Shown here in pieces: positions 1 to 10,191 of a stretch of 64,000 nucleotides of DNA. The DNA lies in the NCBI GenBank assembly GCA_965219955.1, contig OZ244799.1:2688001-2752000 (forward strand), given 5' to 3'. Position 1 is the stretch's first letter; each line of letters opens with the position of its first letter. This DNA comes from a bacterium. GTDB lineage: Bacteria > UBA8248. A model generated the notes under the pieces. It was not told the origin of the DNA. It did no database searches and worked only from the letters and a program-made list of their open reading frames with translations. The position numbers and the translations under genes were made by a program.

Positions 1-621
1 GTTCAACCTTTGAACCGCCTGCCAAGACCGCGGGCCAGCGAGTTGGTACCACATGAGCGCCAACACATAATCCTGGGGAACGCCTTGCCCTTTCTCATAC
101 ATCATGCCCAGATGAAACTGCGCTCTTTTTAAGTTCTGTTCCGCCGCTTGTCGGAGCAATAGCGCCGCTTCTCTATAATCTATGGAAACTCCGCGCCCTT
201 CTTTATACATCATGCCCAAATTATACTGCGCGCGTACGAAGTTCCTCTCCGCAGCTTTTCGGTACCATCGCGTCGCTTCCTTATAGTTTTGGGTAACTCC
301 TTCTCCCTTCTCATACATTACACCCAGATTATACTGCGCTTGTTTCACGTTATTCTCTGCCGCTTTTCGATACCATTGCGCCGCCTCTCCAAAGTCCCGA
401 GGAACACCCTCTCCTGAGTCATACATTGCGCCCAGGTAAAACTGCGCCGTTGCGTCTCCCGCCTTCGCAAGCAATCTAAACTCTTTCAGTGCCGAAGCGT
501 AATCCTGCCTTTCGTATGCGGCCACCCCTTCCTTTAACCCGCTCTCCGCAAGCTGATACGCACCAGAACAAACGATAAATACGATCAAAAACAATGTTTT
601 GCTCAGGCGATATATTTTCAT
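1..621 (-). CDS. Secreted Sel1-like repeat protein (3' end outside window)
   Basis: Manual translation from ATG 621 (GGAGG RBS): signal-like MKIYRLSKTLFLIVFIVCSGA, then 4 repeats such as AQYNLGVMYEKGEGV..NYKEATRWYRKAAE; no stop before base 1. Not in the ORF track. Confidence 0.9.
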   Translation of the reverse strand, partial: MKIYRLSKTLFLIVFIVCSGAYQLAESGLKEGVAAYERQDYASALKEFRLLAKAGDATAQFYLGAMYDSGEGVPRDFGEAAQWYRKAAENNVKQAQYNLGVMYEKGEGVTQNYKEATRWYRKAAERNFVRAQYNLGMMYKEGRGVSIDYREAALLLRQAAEQNLKRAQFHLGMMYEKGQGVPQDYVLALMWYQLAGPRSWQAVQRLN

Positions 622-888
622 TTCGATTGACCTCCAAACGAGAGTTTTGGGACCAATTTTCCAACAGAAATAAAATATGACGAATCTTGGTAAGCATGCA
701 ACGATAAAAAATCAACCAAACATCCAAACTGCTCAAAAATAATCCAATCTACTTAAATCAATATCCAACACTGCTTCATAAAAATACACAACTTTCTCTA
801 AAAACCGCCAATTTTTCTTGCTAGCTTGAAAACCGCGAATAAAAGTTTAATATATGTATCATTATCTACGTATAGGGGAGACGATTCG

Positions 889-1521
889 ATGGAGCAGAAG
901 ACAGCGTCCAAAATAGAAACGAAAGAAGAGCTTCGCGAGTTCTACGGCCCGGCCAACGAGCGCAGCGTCAAGAAACAGATGGCGAAGCTCGACGAGCACG
1001 CCAGGAACTTCATCGCGCTCTCTCCGTTCATGGTCATTTCCTCCGCCACGGCGGAAGGCGCGGACGCATCACCCAAGGGAGACCCGGCCGGATTCGTCAA
1101 GGTGCTCGACGACAGCACCCTGATCATCCCCGACAGGCCGGGCAACAACCGCGTCGACACCATGAGCAACATCGTGGAGAACAACCACGTCGGCCTCCTC
1201 TTCCTCGTGCCCGGCATGTGCGAGACGCTGCGCGTGAACGGGCGCGCGCGCATCACCACCGACCCCGAAGTCCTCGAACCGCACTCGGTGAAGGGCAGGC
1301 TGCCCCGGTCTGCGATGATCGTCGACGTGGACGACGTGTATCTCCACTGCGGAAAGGCCCTCATCCGCGCGGACCTCTGGAACGCGGAAAAACACATCGA
1401 AAGAAAGTCTTTCCCCTCGATGGGGCAGATGCTCTCCGATCAGATAGCCGAAGACGACTACGGCGACGGAGAGGAACTCAACAAGGGCATCCAGGAGAGG
1501 TACAAGACGGACCTGTATTAG
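889..1521 (+). CDS. Pyridoxamine 5'-phosphate oxidase-like FMN-binding split-barrel protein
   Basis: DASPKGDPAGFV, IPDRPGNNRVDT, ETLRVNG and YLHCGKA motifs; ATG 889 after GGGGGAG. Confidence 0.85.
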   Translation: MEQKTASKIETKEELREFYGPANERSVKKQMAKLDEHARNFIALSPFMVISSATAEGADASPKGDPAGFVKVLDDSTLIIPDRPGNNRVDTMSNIVENNHVGLLFLVPGMCETLRVNGRARITTDPEVLEPHSVKGRLPRSAMIVDVDDVYLHCGKALIRADLWNAEKHIERKSFPSMGQMLSDQIAEDDYGDGEELNKGIQERYKTDLY

Positions 1522-1581
1522 AAACAAACAGGGCGGACAGGCGGGTCCGCCTCTGATAAAATATTGCGTTTTCGTTTCTCC

Positions 1582-1605
1582 GTAGGGGCGCTTCGCGAAG
1601 CGCCC
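1582..1605. repeat. GTAG-type REP-like palindrome
   Basis: gtag-gggcgcttcg-cgaagcgccc. Confidence 0.6.
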
Positions 1606-1619
1606 AACCCCTCCGACAA

Positions 1620-2278
1620 GGGGCTGTTGAAATAGTCCTCCCCGGTTGGTATTCACCACCGTCGTCATTCCGGCATCAGTCCCGACTGATAAAGGAGGGA
1701 TTGACCGGAATCCATTTTCAGGCAGAAAGACAATACACCGGCTTTCCATCTCCCCGTTATCGGTGGGAACCAATCAGAAAATCAAATACAAAGGCAACCC
1801 CCCCCCTACCCCCCTTGTCAGGGCTGTTGAAAAAGTCCCGTGGAGCGATTTTGGTTGAGCGCAAGTTTTTGAATTTCACTCCCCCCTTGAGGGGGAGTCG
1901 AAGAGGCCGAGCGTTTTTTACGAAGGCCGATTCGGTGGGGGGTGAAATGTGTTTATCGCCATCTGAATTATCCCCCCCACCGAATCGCTTTCGGGCTTAC
2001 GCCCTCAGCTCTTCGACTCCCCCTCAAGGGGGGAGTGATTCCTCTCTCCTCGGGGTTTTTCAACAACCCCGACAAGGGGGGTAAAAAAGGCGATGCGCCC
2101 TCGTCGGGCTGAGGGGGGTTTTGCTCTTTCTTGCCCCTCTGACAAGGGGGGGTAGGGGGGGTTGGTTTTCAGGGCGAAAGGAGCATCTCCTCCACCCCTT
2201 GAACAGGGAGCTTTTTCAACGGCCCCGACAAAGGGGGTTGCCTTTATCCCCTGAGGGGGGGACTTTTTGAACAGCCCC
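1620..2278. mobile_element. Nested MITE cluster (nGGGYTGTTGAAAAA TIR family)
   Basis: Left TIRs at 1620 and 1820; right TIRs ending 2070, 2226 and 2278; GACAA flanks; long internal hairpin 1876-2038. Confidence 0.8.
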
Positions 2279-2309
2279 GCCTCGGGCGCGTGCGGGGGTT
2301 CTCCCCCGC

Positions 2310-4226
2310 CTAATGCGTCTCTCTCAGGTAAACGACCGCGAGGGGGGGCAGCGTGATCTCTATCGAATAGGGCTGGTCGTTCAGGGGCGCCGCCGCCGCG
2401 TGGCAGCCGTCGGGATTCCCCACCCCGCCGCCGCCGTAGATCTCCGAATCGCTGTTCAGCACCTCGATCCAATCGCCGTCGGCGGGAACCCCCATCCGGT
2501 AACCCGTCCGGGGCACGGGCGTCAGGTTCGCCGCCACGAGCAGCATGGGTTCATCCTCCGTGGCGATCCGCACGAAGCCCAGCACGCTGTCGTCGGCCGC
2601 ATCCGCCGCCACCCACTTGAACCCACGCGGGTCGTAATCCCTCCGGAACAGGGCGCGCTCCTGATGGTAGAAGGCGTTCAGGTCGCGCACCCACTTCATC
2701 AGCCCCGCTCGTAAAGGCTCCTGGGCGAGGTTCCAGTCGAGCGCGCCGTCGTGGTTCCATTCGCGCCACTGGCCGAATTCCCCGCCCATGAAGAGGAGCT
2801 TCTTGCCGGGCTGGGCGAACATCAGCCCGTAGAGCGCGCGAAGGTTCGCGAATTTCCGCACGCCCTCTCCCGGCATTTTCCCGAGCAGGGAACTCTTGCC
2901 GTGCACCACCTCGTCGTGGGAGAGCGGCAGCACGAAATTCTCGTTGTAGGCGTAGAGCATCCGGAACGTGAGGAGGTTGTGGTGAAATTTGCGGTGAACG
3001 GGGTCTTTTTTCATGTATTCGAGCGAATCGTGCATCCAGCCCATGTCCCACTTCATGCCGAAACCCAGCCCCCCCGTATCCACGGGTCTCGATACCATCG
3101 GCCAGGAAGTGGATTCTTCCGCGATGGTCTGCACGTCGGGAAAGCGGCGATAGACTTCCGTGTTCAGCCGCCTGAGGAAAGAGATGGCCTCGAGGTTCTC
3201 CCGGCCCCCCTCTTCGTTGGGAAGCCACTCGCCCTCTTTTCTCGAATAATCGAGATAGAGCATGGAGGCCACGCCGTCGACGCGCAGCCCGTCGGCGTGG
3301 AAATACTCCAGCCAGTACATGGCGCTGCTTATGAGGAAGGCGGCGACCTCGTTGCGCCCGTAATTGAAGATGTGGCTTTGCCAGTCGGGATGAAACCCCA
3401 GCCTGGGGTCGGCGTGTTCGTAGAGGTGGGTCCCGTCGAAAAAGCCCAGCCCGTGCCCGTCCGTGGGAAAGTGCGAGGGCACCCAGTCGAGTATCACGCC
3501 CAGGCCGCGCTGGTGGAGATAATCGATGAGATACATCAGGTCCTGCGGCGTCCCGAAGCGGCTCGTGGGAGAGAAGAAGCCGGTGATCTGGTATCCCCAC
3601 GAACCGTTGAAGGGGTGCTCCATCACCGGCAGGAATTCCACGTGGGTGAACCCCATGTGGAGCATGTGCTCGGCGAGTTGGGGAGCCAGCTCCCTGTAGG
3701 TGAGGGGCCGGTCCTCCTCATGCGGCGCCCGCCGCCAGGAGCCGATATGAAGCTCATAGATGGAAATGGGCGCTTCGCGGCCGTTGCACGCGCCCCGGCA
3801 CTCCATCCAGTTTCCATCCCCCCATTCGTAATCGAGATTCCAGACGACCGAGCCGCTCTTGGGGGAAACCTCGCTGTAGAACCCGAAAGGATCCGCCTTC
3901 TCGACGCGATAATCCCCGAACGGCGAATGAATCCGGTATTTGTATACCTCACCCGTTCCCACGCCCGGGATGAACCCCGCCCATATGCCCGAGCTTTCCA
4001 CCGGAGCCAGCGGGTGACGCTCCTCGTCCCAGCCGTTGAAATCCCCGATGACGCTCACGGAATCCGCGTTCGGCGCCCATACGGCGAAGTGAACGCCCTC
4101 CTCCCCGTCCACCGTCATGGGGTGCGCGCCCATTTTATCGTACAAGGTGAAGTGGGAGCCCTGGTTGAAGAGGTAGATGTCGTAATCCGTGATGTAGGAA
4201 AGCGCAGGGTAATGGACGATGCTCAC
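2310..4226 (-). CDS. glgB: 1,4-alpha-glucan branching enzyme (GH13)
   Basis: FAVWAPNA, YELHIGSW, DWVPSHFP, DGLRVDGVASMLY, IAEESTSW and LSHDEVVHGK motifs. Confidence 0.97.
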   Translation of the reverse strand: MSIVHYPALSYITDYDIYLFNQGSHFTLYDKMGAHPMTVDGEEGVHFAVWAPNADSVSVIGDFNGWDEERHPLAPVESSGIWAGFIPGVGTGEVYKYRIHSPFGDYRVEKADPFGFYSEVSPKSGSVVWNLDYEWGDGNWMECRGACNGREAPISIYELHIGSWRRAPHEEDRPLTYRELAPQLAEHMLHMGFTHVEFLPVMEHPFNGSWGYQITGFFSPTSRFGTPQDLMYLIDYLHQRGLGVILDWVPSHFPTDGHGLGFFDGTHLYEHADPRLGFHPDWQSHIFNYGRNEVAAFLISSAMYWLEYFHADGLRVDGVASMLYLDYSRKEGEWLPNEEGGRENLEAISFLRRLNTEVYRRFPDVQTIAEESTSWPMVSRPVDTGGLGFGMKWDMGWMHDSLEYMKKDPVHRKFHHNLLTFRMLYAYNENFVLPLSHDEVVHGKSSLLGKMPGEGVRKFANLRALYGLMFAQPGKKLLFMGGEFGQWREWNHDGALDWNLAQEPLRAGLMKWVRDLNAFYHQERALFRRDYDPRGFKWVAADAADDSVLGFVRIATEDEPMLLVAANLTPVPRTGYRMGVPADGDWIEVLNSDSEIYGGGGVGNPDGCHAAAAPLNDQPYSIEITLPPLAVVYLRETH

Positions 4227-6361
4227 AGGATCGGTTCCCCCCGCGCCACGGGCGGTTCGTTGCGGCCCCTCAGCAGGACCAGCGACTCTCCGGCGAGATG
4301 GTAGGAATCGCCCGAGTGGATCCGCCAGGTCCAGCCTTTTTCATCGACCTGGGATGTATCCATCACCACCGTCCACCTCTTCTGTCTGTCTTCATCGAGG
4401 AAAAAGAAGGGTATCGCCTCATGATGCGCGTTCATGAGAACCATGAAAATATCACGATTCCTGGGGCCAAGCCGAGAAAAATGTTCGCCGCCCGGCGCCT
4501 CTCTCAGCCTGAAGCCGAAACACTTCATGAAGTGCACATCCCACTCTTCGGCGCTCATTTCATGGCCCAGGTGGTGAAGCCAGACGATCCCGGGCCTGTC
4601 CGTCCCGTGCAGGCTTCTTTTCGGGAAAATCTCCATCCGCCGAAACGCCGTCTGGGACCCGGTCCAGCGGATCAGGTGTTTGACGAAAGAGAGCAGGTTC
4701 CCGTTTTTTTCCGCCAGTTCCCAGTCCACCCAGGAGGTCTCGTTGTCCTGGCAATAGGCGTTGTTGTTCCCGGACTGCGTGCGTCCGAACTCGTCTCCCG
4801 CCTGGAGCATCGGCACGCCCTGGGCGAGGAACAGGCTCGCGAGCATATTCTTCTGGCGCCGCGCGCGCATGGTCGATACGAAGGGGTCGTCCGTCGGGCC
4901 CTCCACCCCGCCGTTCCAGCTGTGGTCATCATCCGCGCCGTCTTTGTTGCCCTCCCCGTTCGCTTCGTTGTGCTTGTGCTGGAAGCTCACCAGATCCTCG
5001 AGCGTGAGCCCGTCGTGGCAGGCGACGAAGTTCAGGCTCGCCTGGGGTGAACGCTCGCCGGCCTCGAAAACGTCGCTGCTCCCCGTCAGGCGCGTGGCGA
5101 ACTCCGCCGCCTGGTTGAAATCCGCGCGCCAGAACCGGCGCGCCGCGTCCCGGAACGCACCGTTCCACTCCGTCCAGCCCTTCGGGAAATTCCCCAGTTG
5201 ATAGCCCTCCTCGCCCAAATCCCAGGGCTCGGCGATGAGCTTGCGCTTCGAGAGTACCGGGTCGTCCGAAATCGTCTTGAAAAACGCCGATTCGGGGTCG
5301 AAGGCACTCCCGGTCCGCGCGAGGGTGGGAGCGAGATCGAACCGGAAGCCATCGACGTGAAATTCCTCCGCCCAGTAGCGCAGGCTGTCCACGACGAGGC
5401 GCAAGACCATCGGGTGCGAGACGTTCAGCGAATTGCCGCAGCCGGTGGTGTCGACGTAGCGGATTTTATCCTCAGGCTTCACGCGGTAATAGACCCTGTT
5501 GTCGAGCCCGCGAAAAGAGAGGTGCGGCCCCCTGGAATCCCCCTCCCCGGTGTGGTTGTAGGCCACGTCGAGAATCACCTCGATCCCCGCGCGGTGATAC
5601 GCCTTCACCATCTCCTTGAACTCATCGACCTGCCCGCCCCTGTCGCCGCGGCTGGAAAAGCGCGCATCGGGCGCGAAAAAGCCGAGCGTCGCGTACCCCC
5701 AATAATTGGAAAGCCCCAGCATCTGGAGACGCTGCTCCGAGACCCGGTGATGAACGGGCAGAAGCTCGATGGCCGTCACGCCCAGATCTTTCAGGTATTC
5801 GACCACGGCAGGGTGGGCCAGACCCGAATACGTGCCCCGGAGTTCTTCGGGCACGTCGGGATGCCGCATGGTGAAGCCTTTGACGTGCAGCTCGTAGACG
5901 ATGGTGTCAGACCAGGGCGTGCCGGGCGCGGAGACGTCCTCCCAATCGAAGGAAGAATCCACGAGCACGCTCTTGGGCGCCGCGTGGGCGTTGTCCCTTG
6001 CGTCGAAGTGGTGGATGTCGCCATCCCGGTAGGCGTACATCTCCTCGCACCAGTGAACGCCGCCCGCGATCGCCCGCGCATAAGGGTCCAGCAGCACCTT
6101 GTAACCGTTGAAGCGATGTCCATGCGCGGGCGCATAGGGGCCGTGGACGCGGAATCCATAGGGCTGCCCCGCCCCCAGGCCTTCCATCTCCACGCGCCAG
6201 ACGTCGCCATGCCGTTCGAGAGGAGCCCGCGCCGTCTCCCTGCCGGGGTCATCCGCCTCGAACAGGCAAAGCTCGACCCCCTCCGCGTGTTCCGAGAAAA
6301 GGGAAAACCGCACGCCCCCATCCATCCATTCGGCGCCCAGGCGCCCTTCCGGCTGATCCAT
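4223..6361 (-). CDS. glgX: Glycogen debranching enzyme / isoamylase
   Basis: YELHVKGFT, NYWGY, DGFRFDLA, IAEPWD, HDG and GNNNAYCQDN motifs; 4-nt overlap with glgB. Confidence 0.96.
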   Translation of the reverse strand: MDQPEGRLGAEWMDGGVRFSLFSEHAEGVELCLFEADDPGRETARAPLERHGDVWRVEMEGLGAGQPYGFRVHGPYAPAHGHRFNGYKVLLDPYARAIAGGVHWCEEMYAYRDGDIHHFDARDNAHAAPKSVLVDSSFDWEDVSAPGTPWSDTIVYELHVKGFTMRHPDVPEELRGTYSGLAHPAVVEYLKDLGVTAIELLPVHHRVSEQRLQMLGLSNYWGYATLGFFAPDARFSSRGDRGGQVDEFKEMVKAYHRAGIEVILDVAYNHTGEGDSRGPHLSFRGLDNRVYYRVKPEDKIRYVDTTGCGNSLNVSHPMVLRLVVDSLRYWAEEFHVDGFRFDLAPTLARTGSAFDPESAFFKTISDDPVLSKRKLIAEPWDLGEEGYQLGNFPKGWTEWNGAFRDAARRFWRADFNQAAEFATRLTGSSDVFEAGERSPQASLNFVACHDGLTLEDLVSFQHKHNEANGEGNKDGADDDHSWNGGVEGPTDDPFVSTMRARRQKNMLASLFLAQGVPMLQAGDEFGRTQSGNNNAYCQDNETSWVDWELAEKNGNLLSFVKHLIRWTGSQTAFRRMEIFPKRSLHGTDRPGIVWLHHLGHEMSAEEWDVHFMKCFGFRLREAPGGEHFSRLGPRNRDIFMVLMNAHHEAIPFFFLDEDRQKRWTVVMDTSQVDEKGWTWRIHSGDSYHLAGESLVLLRGRNEPPVARGEPIL

Positions 6362-6620
6362 CTTTCCCTCACCTGAAAAATTTCATCCCCCGCGATGCGC
6401 AAAATCGCGAGCCGTCAAACGTAACCACCATGCCAGGGAGCATCATACCCGATTTTTGTTGTGGTTTTATTACACGGGCCTTCAAAAACCGGGTTGAATC
6501 GCCCTTCGCCTGTTTCAAGGCTTTCGCGGCGCCCGGCTCCGCTTCACCTTTGCCCCGGACAGGCTGTAGAATCCCCGCGTTCACGAGAAGCGCAACGCCA
6601 AATCGAAACGGGAGAGAATC

Positions 6621-7790
6621 TTGAAGATCATCGACATCCGCGAGACGGTGGTTCCCATTCAATCGGACCTGAGAAACGCGTTCATCGATTTTTCCCTGAT
6701 GACGGTGAGCGTCGCCGCCCTCGTCACGGACGTGGTGCGCGACGGCAAGCGCGTCGTCGGCTTCGGCTTCAACTCGAACGGGCGCTACGCCCAGCAGGGG
6801 CTTTTGCGCGAGCGCTTCATCCCCAGGCTCCGGGAAGCGGAGCCCGAGTCGCTGCTGAACGAGGAAGGCTCGAACTTCGAGCCATCTAAAATCTGGGACT
6901 GCATGATGAAGAATGAAAAGCCCGGCGGGCACGGCGACCGCTCCGTCGCCGTGGGCATTATCGACATGGCGGTCTGGGACATGGTGGCCAAGATCGAGGA
7001 GAAACCGCTCTACCGCCACCTCGCGGACACCTATCGCGGCGGAGCGTGCGATGAGAAGGTATCCGTCTACGCCGCCGGGGGCTATTACTACCCGGGCAAG
7101 GACCTGAAAGCCCTCCAGAACGAGATGAGGAGCTATCTCGATCGCGGCTACACCACCGTCAAGATGAAGATCGGCGGTGAGGCGCTCGACGACGACCTGA
7201 GGAGAATCGAGGCGGTGCTCGAGGTCGTGGGCGAGGGGCGGAACCTCGCGGTGGACGCCAACGGGAAATTCGATCTGGAAACCGCTATCGCCTACGCGGA
7301 GGCGCTCGCGCCCTACGACCTCCACTGGTACGAGGAGGCGGGCGACCCGCTCGATTACGCGCTTCAGGCCGAACTCGCCCGGCATTACGACAAGCCCATG
7401 GCGACGGGCGAGAACCTCTTCTCCACCCAGGACGCGAGAAACCTGATCCGCTACGGGGGGATGCGCCCGGGCGTGGACATCCTGCAGTTCGACTGCGCGC
7501 TGAGCTACGGCCTGGTGGAATACCTGAGAACGCTGGATATGGCGGAGGAGCACGGCTGGTCGGCCCGCTCGTTCATCCCCCACGGCGGACACCAGCTCTC
7601 GCTCAACATCGCGGGCGGGCTGGGCCTGGGAGGCAGCGAGTCCTACCCCGACGTGTTCAAGCCCTTCAACGGCTTCGCCGACTCCGTGGCGGTGGAAGAC
7701 GGCTGCGTGGGCTTTCCCGACCTGCCCGGTCTCGGCATCGAGGACAAGGCGGCGCTGAAAGACGTGCTGAAGGAACTCTCTGAAACCTAG
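6621..7790 (+). CDS. Mandelate racemase/enolase-superfamily dehydratase (D-tartrate dehydratase-like)
   Basis: KMKIG, VDANG, WYEE, ATGEN and PHGGH motifs; TTG start with GGAG RBS. Confidence 0.88.
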   Translation: MKIIDIRETVVPIQSDLRNAFIDFSLMTVSVAALVTDVVRDGKRVVGFGFNSNGRYAQQGLLRERFIPRLREAEPESLLNEEGSNFEPSKIWDCMMKNEKPGGHGDRSVAVGIIDMAVWDMVAKIEEKPLYRHLADTYRGGACDEKVSVYAAGGYYYPGKDLKALQNEMRSYLDRGYTTVKMKIGGEALDDDLRRIEAVLEVVGEGRNLAVDANGKFDLETAIAYAEALAPYDLHWYEEAGDPLDYALQAELARHYDKPMATGENLFSTQDARNLIRYGGMRPGVDILQFDCALSYGLVEYLRTLDMAEEHGWSARSFIPHGGHQLSLNIAGGLGLGGSESYPDVFKPFNGFADSVAVEDGCVGFPDLPGLGIEDKAALKDVLKELSET

Positions 7791-7811
7791 ACGAACGCGG
7801 GCATCACCTCT

Positions 7812-9116
7812 TCACGACACCCGAAGCGCGACCCGGTGCATCGTGTTGTTGAGGTATCCCTTCGGGTTCCAGTCGATGGCGTGGGGCTGCATCACTCCCG
7901 CGCTGTCGGTCGCCCGCGCCCAGATCTCGTAGTACCCGGCCTCGGGAAGTTTTACGTCGGCGCGGAAGTTCTGCCAGGCGCCGTCGTTCACGGGGGCGTC
8001 CAGCGCAGCCGGCTCCCAGGTCGCGCCGAAGTCATGGGAGAGCTCGACCGAGGCGACCGTCCGGTCTCCCGACCAGGCATGGCCGCGCACCTCCACGGCG
8101 CGCCCCGCCGCCGCCCCGTTCGCGGGGTGGGTGATCAGCGATTTGACGGGCATCCGCTCGATGATGACGAAATCTTTCTCCTCCACCTTCTCGCCCGGTT
8201 CGATCCTGTATCGCGGCACGCGGTAGGAGGCGCCGGTCATCCTGGGGCCGTCATGCACGACGTCGCGGAGGTAGATGCGGCGCAGCCATTTCTGGGAGCA
8301 CGACCCCGGCCAGCCGGGGACGACGAGCCGCAGCGGCGCCCCGTTCATCGGATGAATCGGGCCGCCGTTCTGGCCGAAGGCGATGAGCACGCCCTCCGTC
8401 ATCGCCTTGGCGATCGGCACGCCGCGCGAGATGGGCAGCCTGCCGGGCTCACCGGAGAGGTCCCCGTCAGCGCCGACGTGGGCGGTGTAGACGACGCCGG
8501 GCCGCACGCCGGCCGCCGCCAGCACGTCCTTGAGCCGCACCCCCGTCCACTCCGAACAGGCGACCGCGCCGTGGGTCCACTGGGTGCCCTTCACCGGCGG
8601 TTTGAAGAAGGCCCGTCCGTTGCCCCCGCATTCGATGACGAGGGCCTTCGTGACGACTTCGAACCTCGAGCGCAACTCGGCGATCGACAAGGTCACGGGG
8701 CGTTCCACGAGGCCATCGACGGTGAGGGTCCAGGCGTCCGCTGACGCTTCAGCGGGCGGAACGCCGTTGTTGCGAATGAAGTGCCGGGATGTCGGGGTGA
8801 TCGGGTCATCGAGCAGATGCGGCGGGGTTTCGGCATTGAGCGGCCGCTCGTTCAGCAGCGTCAGGCCGTCCTTCCCGACCAGCACGCTCTCGCCGGCGAA
8901 TGCCGCCGGAATGAGGCCCGCCGGCATGTTGCGGTGAAACGGGATCGCCGCCCCCACCATCGCCGTCATGGCGGCAAGCCCCGCGCCCCGCAGAAAGCCG
9001 CGCCGGTCGAGACAGGATTCCCGTCCGAAAAAGGCGCGGTCCGCCGCCGCCGGGTCCCCGGCGAAGAATTCGTGCATATCCGGGTTTTCAGAGGATGCGG
9101 ATTCCTCTTTCGGCAT
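7812..9116 (-). CDS. Tat-exported sulfite oxidase-family molybdoenzyme
   Basis: RRGFL twin-arginine motif; ECGGNGR Mo-ligand Cys; GAPLRLVVPGWPG..SQKWL; C-terminal dimerisation domain. Confidence 0.9.
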   Translation of the reverse strand: MPKEESASSENPDMHEFFAGDPAAADRAFFGRESCLDRRGFLRGAGLAAMTAMVGAAIPFHRNMPAGLIPAAFAGESVLVGKDGLTLLNERPLNAETPPHLLDDPITPTSRHFIRNNGVPPAEASADAWTLTVDGLVERPVTLSIAELRSRFEVVTKALVIECGGNGRAFFKPPVKGTQWTHGAVACSEWTGVRLKDVLAAAGVRPGVVYTAHVGADGDLSGEPGRLPISRGVPIAKAMTEGVLIAFGQNGGPIHPMNGAPLRLVVPGWPGSCSQKWLRRIYLRDVVHDGPRMTGASYRVPRYRIEPGEKVEEKDFVIIERMPVKSLITHPANGAAAGRAVEVRGHAWSGDRTVASVELSHDFGATWEPAALDAPVNDGAWQNFRADVKLPEAGYYEIWARATDSAGVMQPHAIDWNPKGYLNNTMHRVALRVS

Positions 9117-9164
9117 GGCGTCCTCCTCTTGCGGACTACCGCTCGGAGAAAATCGCACTGAATC

Positions 9165-10169
9165 CTAGACGAACGCGGGCATCACCTCTTTGGCGAAGCG
9201 CTCGAGCGTCCTCAGGACGAGTTCCTGCGGCATCCCCGGCCACTGCACCCGGAACGCCATGTGGTCCACGCCCAGTTCTTCGCGGTGGCGCGCGATATCC
9301 TCGGCCACGTCTTCCGCCGAACCGATGAGGAACCTGTCGGAGCGAAGCTCGTCGAGCGGCATCCGGAGCGTGTCGCTGCTCGGCAGCGCCTCGCTCTGGC
9401 CCCACTTCACATAAACGTCGTATTTCACCGCCAGGTAATCCGCGCATTCGCGAAAGGCGCTCTCCCTGTCCGCGCCGATGAACATCTCCTTGATCACCGG
9501 CGTCGCATCGGGCGCGCCCTTGCCGTGGGCCTCGCGCTCTTCGTGGAACATCTCCATCTGGCGCTTCAGGGTGTCGAAGCGCGCGTGGGGGTTCAGGAAC
9601 CACGCCTCTCCCATCCTGGCCGCGCGCTTCACCGCGCCGTCGCCGTTCGCCGCTATCCAGATGGGCGGCCTGGGCTTCTGGATGGGCCGCATGGTGAGAT
9701 TGACGTCCTCGAGCTTTACCACCTCGCCCTCATAATCGAGCGTTCCCTCCTCCAGCAGGCGGGTGACGGCTTCGAGTTTCTCCTCGAACGCCTTCACGCG
9801 GTAAGGCTTCGTGAGGCCGAACGCGCGGTATTCGGGTTCGCGGTAGCCCAGCCCCACGCCGAGCACGAAGCGGCCCTTCGTCATGGCGTCGAGCGTGGCG
9901 ACCTGCTCCGCCACGTCCACCGGATTGTGAAGCGCGAGTAGCAGGATGCCCGTGCCGACGGTCATATCGCCCGCGTGGGCGGCCACCTGTGCGACGCTCG
10001 GCCAGGTCTGCATCATCCACACGCCCTCGGTGAGGTAGTGCTGGCCGCACCACACGCTGTGAAAGCCCAGGTCCCTGATGAGGCGCACCTGCTCCAGATG
10101 CTCCTCCCAGCGCTGCGCGGGGTCGTCCCCCAAGGCGTGCTGGTTCATGACGAACATGCCGAATTTCAT
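9165..10169 (-). CDS. Luciferase-like monooxygenase (LLM) family oxidoreductase
   Basis: MKFGMF start; VAEQVATLD..GRFVLGVGLGYR; PRPPIWIAA. Confidence 0.9.
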   Translation of the reverse strand: MKFGMFVMNQHALGDDPAQRWEEHLEQVRLIRDLGFHSVWCGQHYLTEGVWMMQTWPSVAQVAAHAGDMTVGTGILLLALHNPVDVAEQVATLDAMTKGRFVLGVGLGYREPEYRAFGLTKPYRVKAFEEKLEAVTRLLEEGTLDYEGEVVKLEDVNLTMRPIQKPRPPIWIAANGDGAVKRAARMGEAWFLNPHARFDTLKRQMEMFHEEREAHGKGAPDATPVIKEMFIGADRESAFRECADYLAVKYDVYVKWGQSEALPSSDTLRMPLDELRSDRFLIGSAEDVAEDIARHREELGVDHMAFRVQWPGMPQELVLRTLERFAKEVMPAFV

Positions 10170-10191
10170 GTCATCCCCTCGTTTTGTCGCG

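Noticed and set aside
1620-2278. CRISPR array
   Set aside because: No regularly spaced identical repeats with unique spacers and no cas genes; the repeats are inverted and nested.
1646-2472. ORFs in MITE regions (also 11195, 25159, 33935-34418, 43708, 46241-46753)
   Set aside because: They translate repeat modules (VIPAKAGIH, PPLRGS, FFN..) and are artefacts of palindromic repeats.
2751-6376. Long antisense ORFs (for example 2751-4304, 5198-6376, and many similar elsewhere)
   Set aside because: Shadow frames of high-GC genes with clear family motifs on the opposite strand.
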